Shown: positions 18,490-35,302, counted from the first letter of the stretch. The stretch: 64,000 bases of DNA from the human T2T-CHM13v2.0 reference genome, Homo sapiens (GCF_009914755.1 NC_060941.1), one strand, 5' to 3'. Numbers and translations are program-made. Notes: generated by a model not told the origin, from the sequence alone.

Positions 18490-19610
18490 CTCAGGTTGGG
18501 TTCCCCAGAAAGTTGTGAGATGGAGATTTGTATGGAGGCTTTCATATCACAACCTGCAGAATAGAAGAGAAGAAAGTGGGATTGGGTAGAGGGAGAAGTT
18601 AGGCTGCTATGCAGTCTCAGTAAGGGTGCCAGTTGACCCCAGGAAGAGCTGCAGAACTGAGACAGCCCTTCAAAATTACCCCAACTTTGAGTGGAAGGGC
18701 CAGAACTTTGCCCCTATGTCAACTAGTCATTGGCTGTGGCTGTCCCAGGAACGACGTGTGTTCCAGGGCGACGGGATGCCCTTCAGCTGAGGGCTGTCTG
18801 CAAGCCATACTCCCAGCAGCTGGAGAACAAATTCCTCAGTTCTGAAAGGGGGTCGTGGGTGGCACCACCTGACAGCCACTGCAGGCCACACCTTCCACCA
18901 CTTGGATTCACTTCTTCATATAAGTTTTAGGAGAAACAACTCTAGGATCCTGGTGGGTCTCTTTTTCCAGGAAGAAACTTGTAAGAGGCCAAGGGATGGA
19001 CTGCAGCCACCGTCCCCACTGCAGTTGGTCTTAACCCTGCAGTTGACAGTGATTGCTGCTGTCCTCTGCTGTCCATTCCAGGTGCCCCTCAACCTCCACT
19101 GGCACCTCTGCTGGTCTTGGTGGCTTCCCAGTGGCATGATCCAGACATTCATCCCTGAGCCCCTGGTCACCATGTGCCTCTCAGGCTATGGCTACTGCAC
19201 TTATCTATTTACTATGAAAATGGGGCAAGGTAGTACAGGGAGCTTTCCAGTATTAAAGTGCATTACCTGGGTGCCAAACATATTTCTCCCTTCCCCCACT
19301 GTGATTAACACTGTGTGTTAATCGCCCTACTTCCTTCTAATCATCAGGATCAAATACCCCTGTCGGGATGGTGACTCCTCTGCTTGCTGGCTGGCTCCTT
19401 GGCAGCAGCTGTAGTTTACAGCTCAAAAGAACTCTTGATGTGTTTCCCAAGGGAATTGTTTCGACCTCTAAAGCTACAGAACGGAGGTTCGTGGGATAGG
19501 GAAGCACATAACCGTCAGCTGGGTGGCTGGAAGTGATGGTGAGCAAGGACTCTCCTGTTCCCACTCCTTGGTTCCCAGGCTGTAGATGCTGCTTATAGGA
19601 ACACAACCAT
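18490..19610. mobile_element. MLT1-type LTR plus MaLR internal fragment
   Basis: ggttgggttcccc...gtcattggctgtggctg LTR-like motifs, then gatccagacattcatccctgag internal-like sequence. Confidence 0.6.
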
Positions 19611-19619
19611 ATAAAGGCA

Positions 19620-19765
19620 CAGATGTCCCTTGACTTACGATGCAGTTACATTCCAATAAACCTGCCTTAAGTAGAAAATAAGTCAAAAATACATTTAGTA
19701 CCCCAATAAACCATCATAAAGTCAAAAAATTGTGAGTCAAACCATCATTAGTTGGGGACCATCTG
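19620..19765. mobile_element. Tigger-family MITE (Tigger5/MER47B-like)
   Basis: Inverted termini cagatgtcccttgacttacgatg / catcattagttggggaccatctg, followed by TA. Confidence 0.75.
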
Positions 19766-20613
19766 TAGTCGATCAGCGTGATCTACTGGTATTCTAACCA
19801 TCTGCTAAAATAAGACTTAGCTCTATTTAGAGGAACATAAGTCAGGAACATCTATAATTTTTTCAAGTATAATGTTTGCCATCAAATGAAATATTAGAAG
19901 TCATGCAGGGGAAAAGAAAGCATCAATTGGCCAGATAGCAACAGACCCAGAAGCAATTCATCTATTGCAGTTAACACTCAAGGATTTTTAAATAAATATT
20001 ATTTAAAATAAATAATATATTCAAAAGAGAAAAAAGAATGAAGAATTTTAGCAAATAAATAGAATCCATATAAAAAGAAGACTAAGATTCCAGAAATAAA
20101 ACATCTGAGTAAAATGAATAATTCAAAATATGGTTTTAATAGATTAAAAACAGGATAATAACAGAAATACAGGTAAGTGGAAAGTATCCAGGTTGATGCA
20201 GATAGATAGAGAAGAATGGGAGATACAGAAAACCGTAAGAGCCATCTGGAACATGGTGAAAAGTCCTAAGCTATCTGTAACTGGAAACCTAGAATTAGAG
20301 AGAGAGAAAACGAGGTAAAGCAATATTTGAAGAAACCTGGGTGAGAATTTCCCCACACTGATGAAAGACATCATAACACAGTCTCAAAAAGCTCTACAAA
20401 CCCCAAGTATGATTCAAAAGCAAAGAAAACCCCTGCACACCCAGGCACATTGCAGTAAAACCTATGACAGCTAACAGCAAAGAGAAAATCTGACAAGCAG
20501 CTAGAGAGAAAACAATGGGACTCACAATTCACAATGGACCTTTTAGTAGAAACTCTGGAAGCTGAAGACAATGGGATGTCATTTTATTCTAGATGCTTAA
20601 AAAAAAAAAGCCC

Positions 20614-20965
<352 letters not shown>

Positions 20966-21393
20966 TCAAGAGAAATTATCCTCCTAAATGAATGTAATAT
21001 ATATCTGAAAAGCTGAGAGAATCCACTGGAAGACTATAATAAAATGCCAGAAGAGTTAATCAGGCAGAAGGAAAATGACAGCAACTGGAACAAGGAGCTT
21101 CAGGAGAGAATTAAGAGCACGAGAATAGCTAAATATGTGAGTAAATATAAGCAGACATTGCTTAAAAACAATAATAGTAATATCTTCGGGAGTTTAAAAT
21201 AAATATAGAAATAAAGATCTATGACAACAATGGAACAAAAGGCAAGGAGTAAATGAAATTAAATTGTCAGTTTTTTTCATTGCTTTGAAATGGCAAAATA
21301 TTAATTTCAAGAGTGTTCCAATGAGTCAAAGATTCATAGGGAATTTAAAGGGCTATTATTTTCAAACATTTCAGTCTCAGGACTGCTTTACAC

Positions 21394-21698
21394 TTTTTTT
21401 TTTTTTTTTTTTTTGAGGCGGAGTTTTGCTCTTGTTGCCCAGGCTGAAGTGCAATGGCATGATCTCAGCTTACTGCAACCTCCCTGCCCCTGGGTTCAAG
21501 CGATTCTCCTGCCTCAGCCTCCTGAGTAGCTGGGATTACAGGCATGTGCCACCACGCCCGGCTAATTTTGTATTTTTAGTAGAGATGGGGTTTCTCCATG
21601 TTGGTCAGGCTGGTCTCGAACCCCTGACCTCAGGTGATCCGCCCACCTCAGCCTCCCAAAGTGCCAAGATTACAGGCGTGAGCCACCACACTCGGCCT
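21394..21698 (-). mobile_element. AluS (Sp-like)
   Basis: TSD tgctttacactttt. Confidence 0.94.
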
Positions 21699-21818
21699 GC
21701 TTTACACTTTTAAAAATTATTGAGGAACCCAAAGAGTTTTTTTATATAGGTTATATCTATTGATATTTACTGTACTTGAAATTAAAATGGGAAAAATTAA
21801 AAATATTTATTTTAAAAA

Positions 21819-22109
<291 letters not shown>

Positions 22110-22320
22110 TCACTAGGAATGTGGAAGATTTGAAGAAAACTATTAACCAACTAGATCTAATTAATATTTATAGAACATTAACATCTAATTGCAGAATTTT
22201 CAAGTGAAAATTCTTACTTTCGTGTTATTTTCAAGTGAATATGGAGCATTAACCAAAAAATAGAGGCTGGGCCATAAAGTAAGTCTCAACAAACTTAAGG
22301 ATTAAAATAATATAGTATGA

Positions 22321-22618
22321 GGCCGAGCACGGCAGCTCATCACCTGTAATCCCAGCACATTGGGAGGCCGAGGCAGGTGGATCACTTGAGGTCAGGAGTT
22401 CAAGACCAGCCTGACCAACATGGTGAAACCCCATCTCTACTAAAAATACAAAAAAATTAGCTGGTTGTGGTGGCACACACTCATAATCCCAGCTATCCAG
22501 GAGGCTGAGACACAAGAATCACTTGAACCCAGGAAGCAGAGGTTGCAGTGAGCCAAGATTGTGCCACTGCACTCCAACCTTGGCAACAGAGTGAGGCTCT
22601 GTCTCAAAATAATAATAA

Positions 22619-22658
<40 letters not shown>
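22321..22658 (+). mobile_element. AluS with (TAA)n tail
   Basis: Alu dimer; tail expanded to a TAA microsatellite (22608-22658). Confidence 0.93.
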
Positions 22659-23328
22659 TAGTGTGTTCTTTGATCACATTGGAATTAAACTAGGTATCTA
22701 TAATAGATAAATAGAAAATCCACAAATGCTTTACAACCAATTAACATACTTCTAAATAGTCAAGGGTCAAGGTAGAAATTATAATAAAGATTAGAAAATG
22801 CTTTTAACTGAATGATAAAATACAACATAATCCATGGACAGAAAAATTAACACAAAATTGCATGTAGGACTAAACATAAAATATAAATCCATAAAATTTC
22901 CAAAGAAAACAGGAGAAAAAAACTTCAGGATCCTAGGGTAGGTAAAAATTTCTTCAATAGAACCAAAAAGGTATGACAAAAAAAAGAAATGACAAATTGA
23001 TATCCATCCAAATCCAAAGCATCTGCTCTTCAAAAGACACCACTAGGAAAATTTAAAAGGAAGTTAAAGACTGACAGAAGATATTCCCAACATGTATATA
23101 TGATAAAGGACTTGTATCTAAATAAAGAGCATTACAACTTAATAACAAGACCAATAACCTAATTCTTAAAATGAGCAAAATAAACAGATACTTCACAATG
23201 GAGAGATATAAAGGCCATTAAGCACATGAAAAATGTTCAAAATAATCGTCAGGGAAACGCAAAGCAAAATCACCTTGAAGCACTGCTGCATATATTAGAA
23301 AAGTTACAAAATAATTAAAAAAAAACCT

Positions 23329-23638
<310 letters not shown>

Positions 23639-25306
23639 CCTGACAATTCAGTTGGCAAGGCTGAAAGTACCTCAAACAATCATACATTGTTGGTGGGTTG
23701 TAAAATGGTACAAATACTTTGGAAAACAATTGGCAGTTTCTTATAAAGTTTTACATATATTTATCATATGAACTAGCAACTCCAAACCCAGAAATTGATG
23801 CAATATAAATGAAAAAAATATATGTCTACACAAAAAGTTGTATATGACTGTTCATAGCAGATTTATTCATCATAACCCCAAACTGGAAACAACTGTCCAT
23901 CATCGAGTGAGTTAATCAGTTGTGGTCATATATTAACATAACAGTATGCTACTCAGCAATAAGAGAATGAAACACTGATACACACCATATTAACGGATCT
24001 CAAAACTTTATGTTAAGAGAAAGAAGGCAGACACAGAAGAGTATGCTGTATCATTCCATTTATATGAAAGTCTAGAAAAGATAATTCTAATCTATACTGA
24101 CAAAAACTAGATTTATGATTTCTTGGAGACAGAGGTGGGAAGCATTGTCTGGGAAAGAATGCAGGAAATTTTGGGGGTGAGGAAAATGTTGTTTGATTGT
24201 GGTGGTGGCTACACAGGTGTATAAGTTTGCCAAAACTTATCAAAATGTAAAGTTAAACTGGGTACAAATTGTTATATATCATTTATGTCTCAATAAAGGT
24301 GATAAAAATCTATTTGATACAGCTAAATAGGTACTTTAAAGAAACGTATAGCGTTAAATACAATTATTAGCAAAAAAGAATTGTTGAACATTGCTTATCT
24401 AAGATTTCATTCCAAGAAGCTAGAAAAAAAACCCCAGAAAATCATATCCAAATAAAATATTTAGAAGAAAATAAAGGAGCATAAATTAGTGAAAAAGAAA
24501 TTAGCTCTATAAAAGTAGGTGGGTTTTTAAAAAAAATTAAATGTTAAGTCCTAGAAAACCTAATCAAGAAAACAGAGTACATACATTACCAACACCAGGA
24601 CTGAAGAAGGGAACATCACTTTAGATCCTAAAGATATTAAAAATAGAACAGATATTATAAACTATTTAAAACCAGTAATTAGATATTTTGGTGAAATTAT
24701 ATGGACATAATTTTTAAAAGAATTTACCAAAATGTACACAAGAGATATAAAATTTGATTAATCCTATGTCTATCAAATCATTGACTACATAGCTAAAAAT
24801 TTTCCCAGGTGCTACTCTGGTAATTTTTACACACAAAATTATGGCAAAATAATACCAAAACCAATAATACCAATCTTACACATCTTACCCACACTCTTCC
24901 AGAGGACCAAAAACAAACAAAAAACCAAAAACAAAATAAAGGGAATCCTCAACTCATGTTATGAGTCCATAATTCTGATACAAAGTCAAACAAGGCTATT
25001 ACAAGAAAGAAAACACAGAAGACAATATGGACATAGACATAAAATCCTATACAAAATTTTGACAAATTTAATTCAATAATATATTAAAAATATTACCCAC
25101 AATGACCAAATGAAATCTATTCCAGGAATGCAAATTGCTTTAATATCTAAAAATCAATTTGTATAGATGAATCTTGAGGACATTATGCTAAGGGAAATAA
25201 GCCAGTTACCAAAGGACAAATACTGTATGATTCTACTTATATGAGGTTATCTAGATCAGTCAAATTCATAGAGACAGAAAATAGGATGGTGGTTTCCAGG
25301 GTTTAG

Positions 25307-25655
<349 letters not shown>

Positions 25656-26209
25656 TCAGTTTCAGCTTTCTAAGATGAAACACATTCTGGAGATGGATAG
25701 TTGCACAATATGACTTAATGGCACTGAACTGTACACATAATGGCTAGGATTATAAATTCTACGTGTATTTTATGACAATTTTTTAAATGTTTAAAATCAA
25801 ACCACATAATTTAGAGTAACAGAATGAAAAACTATAATCATCTCAATAGTGGCAAAAAATGTCTGATGAAATTCAACACCCATCCTGATAACAAACCTCA
25901 GAAAAGTAATTTGAGTGATAGAGACTATCTAAAATTTACACCTCAAGTCATACCAAATGGTAAAATGTTTTGTTTTCCTTTAGATTCTGGGAAAAAGGCA
26001 AGGATGTCTACAAATCCTATTTCTGGAGGTCCTAGCCAGTGCAATAAAGCAAGAAAAAAGTGGTATGAGGATTATAAAGAATGATGTAAAACTGACTTTA
26101 CCACAGATGACATACTGTGTACACAGAAAGTCAAAAAGAATGAACAATTATAAATAAGTGAATTTAGCAAGGTCACTGGATATAAGATCAACTTTAAAAA
26201 ATCTATTCC

Positions 26210-26212
<3 letters not shown>

Positions 26213-26243
<31 letters not shown>
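26213..26243. repeat. (TA)n microsatellite
   Basis: Direct reading. Confidence 0.95.
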
Positions 26244-26246
<3 letters not shown>

Positions 26247-26382
26247 TGAGATATACCATATACCTATATTGTGGCAACAATCAGAAAATGAAATTAAAAT
26301 AATAGCATTTATACATCAAAAACATCAAATGCATAGTACTAATCTAACAAAACTTCTACAATTGAAAAAATATAGTAACTTC

Positions 26383-28327
<1,945 letters not shown>

Positions 28328-28332
28328 TTAGT

Positions 28333-28580
28333 TCCTCAGGATCCACCTGCCTCAGGTGGATCACTTGAAGTCAGGAGTTCAAGACCAGCCTAGCCAACAT
28401 GGGGAAATCCCATCTCTACTAAAAAAAAAATACAAAAAATTAGCCGGGTGTGGTGGCAGGCACCTGTAAATCCCAACTACTCGGGAGGCTGAGGTTGCAG
28501 TGAGCCGAGATTGTGCCACTGCACTCCAACCTGGGTGACAAAGCAAGGATCCAACTCAAAAACAAACAACAACAAAACCA
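28333..28580 (+). mobile_element. Alu, 5'-truncated with inverted 5' piece and internal deletion
   Basis: Alu sequence from caggtggatcacttga onward. Confidence 0.88.
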
Positions 28581-28828
28581 AATCCCAAAATGTTTAAAGT
28601 ATCTATATAAATGAAATGTTTTGGAATACTCATAGATTAAATGTCTCAATATTCATGTTTATAACTTCACTTTTCCAGAATTAATCTATGTATCTGATGT
28701 AATGCCAACAAAATCCTAGCTTTTTGGTATGGGGTAATTGAAAAAAAAAATCATTCAACAATGTATATGAAAATGCTAAGGACCTAAAATAGTGACAATT
28801 TTGAACAAGAACAAAATTAGAAAACATA

Positions 28829-29244
28829 CAGTTTACCCTTGAGCACAAGTTTTAACTGTGTGGGACCACTTATACATGGATTTACTTCTACCTCTGCCAC
28901 TTGAGACAGCAAGACCAACCCCTCGTCGTCTTCCACCTTAGCCTGCTCAACGTGAAGACGATGAGGATAAAGATCTTGATGATGATCCACTTCTACCTAA
29001 TGAATAGTAAATATATTTTCTCTCCCTTATTATTTTCTTAATCATATTTTTTCTCTAGCTTACGTAAGAGTACAGTATCTAATACATACACAAAATATGT
29101 GTTAATTGACTATATTATTGGTAAGGCTCCTAGTCAAACGTAGGTTATTAGTAGTTAAGTTTTTGAGGTCAAAAGTTATACAATGATTCTTTATTGTGTA
29201 AGGGGTCAGTTCTCCTAACCCCCGAATTGTTCAAAGGTCAACTG
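28829..29244 (+). mobile_element. Tigger2a DNA transposon
   Basis: TIRs cagtttacccttgagca / tgttcaaaggtcaactg with TA target duplication on both sides. Confidence 0.85.
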
Positions 29245-29249
29245 TACTA

Positions 29250-29880
29250 TCAGTTTTCATTTAAAATATTTGGTATTGTTACAATAATAAAAGCATACAA
29301 CGAGACATAGTCCAAAAGACACTAACATGCATGATCATCGGATTTATCATAAATGTTCAACTGCAAAACAAGGGAAAGAGAGGAAGATGGCCTTTTCAAT
29401 AAATGATGTTGAACAAATTGCTTATTTGTATGAAAAATATTTTGACCTCTACTCCATACCATAAATATTAATTTCAGATGGATCATACACATAAAATAGT
29501 AGATATGTGGAAGAGAATGTAGAAAAATATCTTTATGACCTTGAGTTAGGAAAATATTTCTTAAACTGGGCAAAAAAGCACTAATCATAAAGAAAAGTTA
29601 TTATCAAAATTAAGAACTTCTGTTCATCAAAGGACATCATTTAGAGAGTGAAAAGGTAAGCTGCAGATGAGATATGTGTAATACAAACATCTAAAAAAAC
29701 CCCGTCTCCAGAATATATAAAGAATCCTACAAATGAGCAAAAATCAGTTCCCAGCTAAAAAATGGCAAAAGTCTTGAACAGGTACTTCCCAAAGAAGATA
29801 TTTAAAAAGCCAACACATATCGAAAGGAGGGGCTCAACAGCATTATCCACTGAGGAAGTGCAAATTAAACCCATAATGGA
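29250..29880 (+). mobile_element. Old L1 ORF2 fragment
   Basis: ccttttcaataaatgatgttgaacaaattg...aagaacttctgttcatcaaagg. Confidence 0.7.
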
Positions 29881-30995
29881 ATAGCGGCATGCACAAGAAC
29901 CAGGCCCTGGGAGCTCACCGTGCCACTGAAACTGCTCTAGTCAGGTTGGTGTGGGTCATCCCCAACCCCTTCCCCAATGGATACTTTTCAGTTCTTTTGT
30001 CATTTGAACCTGCTGACCACATTCCTCTTCTTGAGGCGTTTGCCTCTAAGGCAGGAATGGGAGGGAGGGTTTAGATGTAGTGAGGATTCGGAGGCAGAAT
30101 GGAGGGACCAACAAAGTTGGCACCATGCGATGTCAACTCTGTGACAGCAGGGCTTCTTAAAGGTCTGACTCTCAAACCTTTCAGTCAGAAAGTGGCACAT
30201 TAACTATCCTCAATGAGGATTGGTCTCTTAGTAATAGTTAATGTTTCACTATTAAACTTCAATCAAAAATGGCCATTTTAACCAGAATGTCAAATTGTTC
30301 ATTTATGATGGAAGATAATTCACATCAGTGTCTTTCCCAATGTTAAATACATATTTACCCTGGCATCGTGAAAGGGTATTTGATCCTCTTATCCTCCCTG
30401 AAGTGTAACTCATCATGCCTTGTTCTTTTTGGATGTCAGGTCTTTGGTCTGTTAGGGCCTTCTGGTATCAGGGACACAGCTTCTGGGTTCCCATTGTTAC
30501 TCTAGGCCCCTCCTAGCAGAAGTATTTCATAGTGTTCCCAGAACTTCCAAGCCCTCATTTATAGACTTGGGAGTTATTGGCTATTTTCTCTCTCTACACT
30601 TCATCATGCAAAGTTCAGAAGCTTTACACGGCCTCTTCCATAAAGACACCTGTTGTTGCCACTGTGACCTTTTCTTTGGTGGCATGTTGAAAGTGGAACT
30701 TCTTTCTGAGGCTTGAGGTCTTCTGGTCTACAGCCTGGGCACAAGTTCCAGATATTCTTGGGCACATTTTTCATCTATCTGGAATTTCTATCACCTCCTA
30801 CAAATGAAACTCAGTGGGTGGTAGGAATAAGATGCTAAGTAACTTTTTTTGGAATTTAGGTAACATCAGAACCAATTTCCATGCTCTAAGATGCATGAGC
30901 ACCTCTCCCCCTCATTGTATATCCAGCACTGAGGGTAGGTCCTGGCACATTGAAGGTGTCCAATAAATAAAACGCACAACGAAAATATTTTTCCT

Positions 30996-31001
30996 TTTAA
31001 T
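30996..31001 (-). terminator. Candidate ZNF624 polyadenylation signal ATTAAA
   Basis: TTTAAT on plus; followed on minus by a GT/T-rich tract (TTTTCGTTGTGCGTTTTATTT); gives a ~1.55 kb 3'UTR. Confidence 0.55.
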
Positions 31002-32275
31002 GTAAATATTACAGGTTCATTGCAAGGAAAAAATTAACTTAAAAACACAGAAAAGAAAGTAAAAAACAAAAAATTGATGAACCACTAAAACAGAAATAAC
31101 CATCATTAATTTTTTGGAGACCATCCTTTCATCTCTCTCAAAAGTTCACATAATTACATAATATTACATTTACAGTTTTATACCATAAAGGCAGCATTTA
31201 CATTTTTCTGTTTTTACAGTCTCCCCTTCCCTTATCTCTACTTCTCCTTTTCTCACTCCCCTCAAGGTAATCAATATTAACAGCCTGGTGTATATTCTTC
31301 CATACCTGTCTCCATGTGCATCTAACCACACACACACACATAAACACAAAATAAATGGGTGTGATTATTTTAACAAAAATGATATATTGTATATATACAT
31401 TTGTTATAAAGCAATTATTTATCAATACATTGTGGAAATACATTGAAATCAGCTAGCATAGATATAAGTCGTTTTTAAAATTACTCTCACACTGTTCCAT
31501 AATATGGGTATGTCACAATTTATCTAACCAGTTCCCTATTAATGGGCATTCACTTTGTTTGCAGTTGGGGCTTTGCCCCCCTCTACAAACAGTACTTCAA
31601 CAAACATGTTTATTTACATTCTTATGCATTGATGCTGCTTTTATTTCTAACGGACAGATTCCAAAAGTGAGACTGCTGGGTCTAAGAGTATATATGTTTT
31701 AAATTTTTAAACATATATTGTTGGACTGCTGGTGGAAGTATGTTACACAACCTTTAAGTAATAGTACATGGTTTCCCAAACCCCAATAGCTAGCAAAAGA
31801 TCTCTTAATTTTTGCCAGATCCATGAAGGGGAAGTTTCATCTCACTGAGCATTTCAATTTGCATTTCCCTGAGTGCTTTTTAGGTTCAAAATATTTTCAC
31901 AGGATAATGATCACCTACAGTTGCTCTCCTATGAAGAACCATCCAGTCCAGAGGGATTAAAGACTTAAGTGTAAAAAATAAAATCATAAAAATCTTAAAA
32001 ACACATTTAGGATACTACGTATAACCTAGGGATTAAGGAGATCTCTTTTAAGTAAAATGAGTAAAATAAAAAATCTAAAAAGGAAATGATACAAATATTT
32101 TCCTATAAAAATGTTGTGCATTACTATAAAGACAAATGCTAGATTAAGAAAAACATCTGCTACATAATGACAAAGGATTAATATCAAAAATATATAAAAA
32201 GCACCTCCAGGTTTATAAGAAAAGACAGATAAATGAATAGAAAAATAGGCAAATACATATATAGGCAATTAACTA
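31000..32275. mobile_element. L1ME-type fragments (both orientations) within the ZNF624 3'UTR
   Basis: Degenerate L1 3'-end sequence. Confidence 0.55.
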
Positions 32276-32527
32276 AAGATAATTTGTTAAATGAGTAAAG
32301 TATGAAATCTGGATGAACACTTTCATTTGTTCATTATTTTCCTCTAGTGAGAGTTTCCTTATAACTTCTAAGATTTAATATTATTAAATGATTTCCCACA
32401 TAATTGCTTATAGTTTCTCTGTATACTTTCTGATAAATTCCTAATGAAGATTTTCCTATATTCATAAAATATAGTTTATAAGATTCATCTTGTGGAGTTG
32501 ACATCTAGGTGAATGACTTATTGTTCT

Positions 32528-34749
32528 TTATATTAACTGAGTTTCTCTTTGATGTATTCTTTGATGTACAGTAAGGCTCGAACTACTCCTGAAGGCTTTT
32601 CCACATTCATTACATTTATAGGGTTTTTCTCCAGTATGCATCCTCAAGTGTACAGTAAAGTCTGAGTTAGTTCTGAAGGCTTTTCCACATTCTTCACATT
32701 TATAGGGCCTCTCCCCAGTATGAATTCTCTGATGTAGGGTTAGCTGTGATAGAGTAATACAACCCTTTCCACATTCCTTACAGGTGTAGGGTTTTTCTCC
32801 AGTGTGTGTTCTCCAATGCACTGTAAGGTAAGAACCCCTCCTGAAGGCTTTTCCACAGACATCACACTTATAGGGCTTCTCTCCACTATGGATTTTCTGA
32901 TGTTCTGTGACATGTACCATCTGGCTAAATGCTTTCCCACAGTCATTACATTTAAATGGTTTCTCTCCAGTATGTGTTCTTTGATGTGTATTAAAGCCTG
33001 AGTTACTTGTGAAAACCTTTCCACATTCATTGCATTTATAGGGCTTCTCTCCAGTATGCCTTCGTTGGTGCACGGTAAGCTGTGATGTATTAGTGAAGGC
33101 TTTCTCACATTCATTACATTTATATGGTTTTTCTCCAGTATGGGTCCTCTGATGTACAATAAGGTATGATTTAGTCCTAAAGGACTTTCCACAGTCATAA
33201 CATTTATAGGGTTTCACTCCAGTATGAATTTTCTGATGCTCCTTGAGATTTACCATTTTGGTGAATGCCCTCTCGCAGTCAGTACATTTATATGGTTTCT
33301 CTCCAGTGTGAATTCTCTGATGTACAGTTAAGTGTGATTTTATTCTGAAAGACTCCCCACATTCATTGCACAGATAAGGTTTCTCTTCAGTATGAATACG
33401 CTGATGTATAATTAGAGAAGAAGAACGCATGAAGGCCTTTCCACATTCAGTACATTTATAAGGTTTCTCTCCTGTATGCATTCTGTGGTGTACAGTAAGG
33501 CATGAATAATTAATGAATGCTTTCCCACATTCATTACATTTATAGGGTTTTTCTCCTGTGTGAATTCGCTGATGTTCTGTGAAATTTGCGATGCGGTTGA
33601 ATGCTTTCCCACATTCATTACATTCATAGGGTTTTTCCCCAGTGTGAGTTCTTATATGTACGATAAGGCTTGAATTACTTCTATAGGCTTTTCCACATTC
33701 GTTACATCTAAAAGGTTTCTCTCCAGTATGAATCCTCTGATGCACATTAAAAATTGTGGTATTCTTAAAAGACTTCCCACACTCGTTGCACTGATATGGT
33801 TTCTCTTCAGTGTGGGTCTTCTGATGTACACTAAGATATGACTTGTTCCTAAAGGCTTTCCCACAATCATCACATTTGTAGGGTTTCTCACCATTGTGAG
33901 TTTCCTGATGTCTTGCAAGTTTTGATTTATCACTAAAAGCTTTCCCGCATTCACTACATTTATAGGGTTTCTCTCCAGTTTGAATTCTCTGGTGCTGATT
34001 AAGACGGGCACACTGGCTAAAAGATTTCCCACACACATTACACTGATAAGGTTTCTCTTTAGTGTGAATTCTCTGATGTACCATAAGTGATGAAGAAGCA
34101 ATGAAGGCCTTTCCACATTCATTACATTTATAGGGTTTTTCTCCAGTGTGGATTTTTTTGTGCTGACTGAGATATGAAGGCTGGCTGAATGTTTTCCCAC
34201 ATTCATTACATTCATAAGGTTTTTCTTTAGTATGAGTTCTTTGATGTTGAATGAGCAATGATCTATAATGAAAGGCCTTTTCGCATGTACTACATTTGTA
34301 GGGTTTTTCCTTATTATTGGATTTTTTCCCCAAAGTTAGTTCTGAAGTCTGCCTTATGGCTTTGCTGCCTTTCATCTCCTTGCAAATTATCTTCCCCAAA
34401 TGGGTATCTGTAATCAAATTTAAATTCTCTGTGAAATTTTCCTCTTGTGTTTGGCATCTGCTGTGAAGCTCTTCTGTGGCAATGCCTGGTTCTGGAATAA
34501 GAATAGATTCAAATCTAAAGCCTCTTTGACTAGTGGGAGTCTTCTTGAGTGGAATTATTCTTTGACTCAAATGATTCTCCTGATTATTTTGTAATCTCAA
34601 TATCCTATCATTCCATTTCCATAACCCTTCCATTCTGGAATCCCACAGACCATTCTCTGTAAGTTTCTCTAGTATGGCCTCCTGTGATAAATCTTCAGAA
34701 ATAGCCTTTGTTCGTGTAGCATTCTTGGTTGCAGGTTTGGGCTCCATGT
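32528..34749 (-). CDS. ZNF624: ZNF624 exon 6: spacer plus 21 tandem C2H2 zinc fingers (34300-32552)
   Basis: 748-aa ORF; true acceptor tttttgccccag|AC ATG at 34749; 21 repeats of 84 nt with TGEKP-type linkers; TAA at 32530-32528. Confidence 0.97.
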
Positions 34750-34961
34750 CTGGGGCAAAAAAGAGAAAAATCAAGTAATTCCTTTCCTAAGCTGGGGCAA
34801 TCTCACTAAACAGAATAATAAAAGCAATAAATACATGGATAATGAATATATGGTTTTAATTGCTTTCACACTGACTTGTTTTTTAGTGAGAAGAAGGTAG
34901 GGTTAAGGGAGGCTGGTTTAGCAAAAACTAAAGTAGCAAATTCAATGAAACTTTCCCGTTA

Positions 34962-35290
<329 letters not shown>

Positions 35291-35302
35291 GCCCATTCAT
35301 AG

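Noticed and set aside
32740-34215. Alternative-frame ORFs over the finger array
   Set aside because: Typical shifted-frame by-products of C2H2 repeats.
34750-34774. N-terminal MIFLFFAP of the 748-aa ORF
   Set aside because: Translated polypyrimidine tract upstream of the real acceptor.
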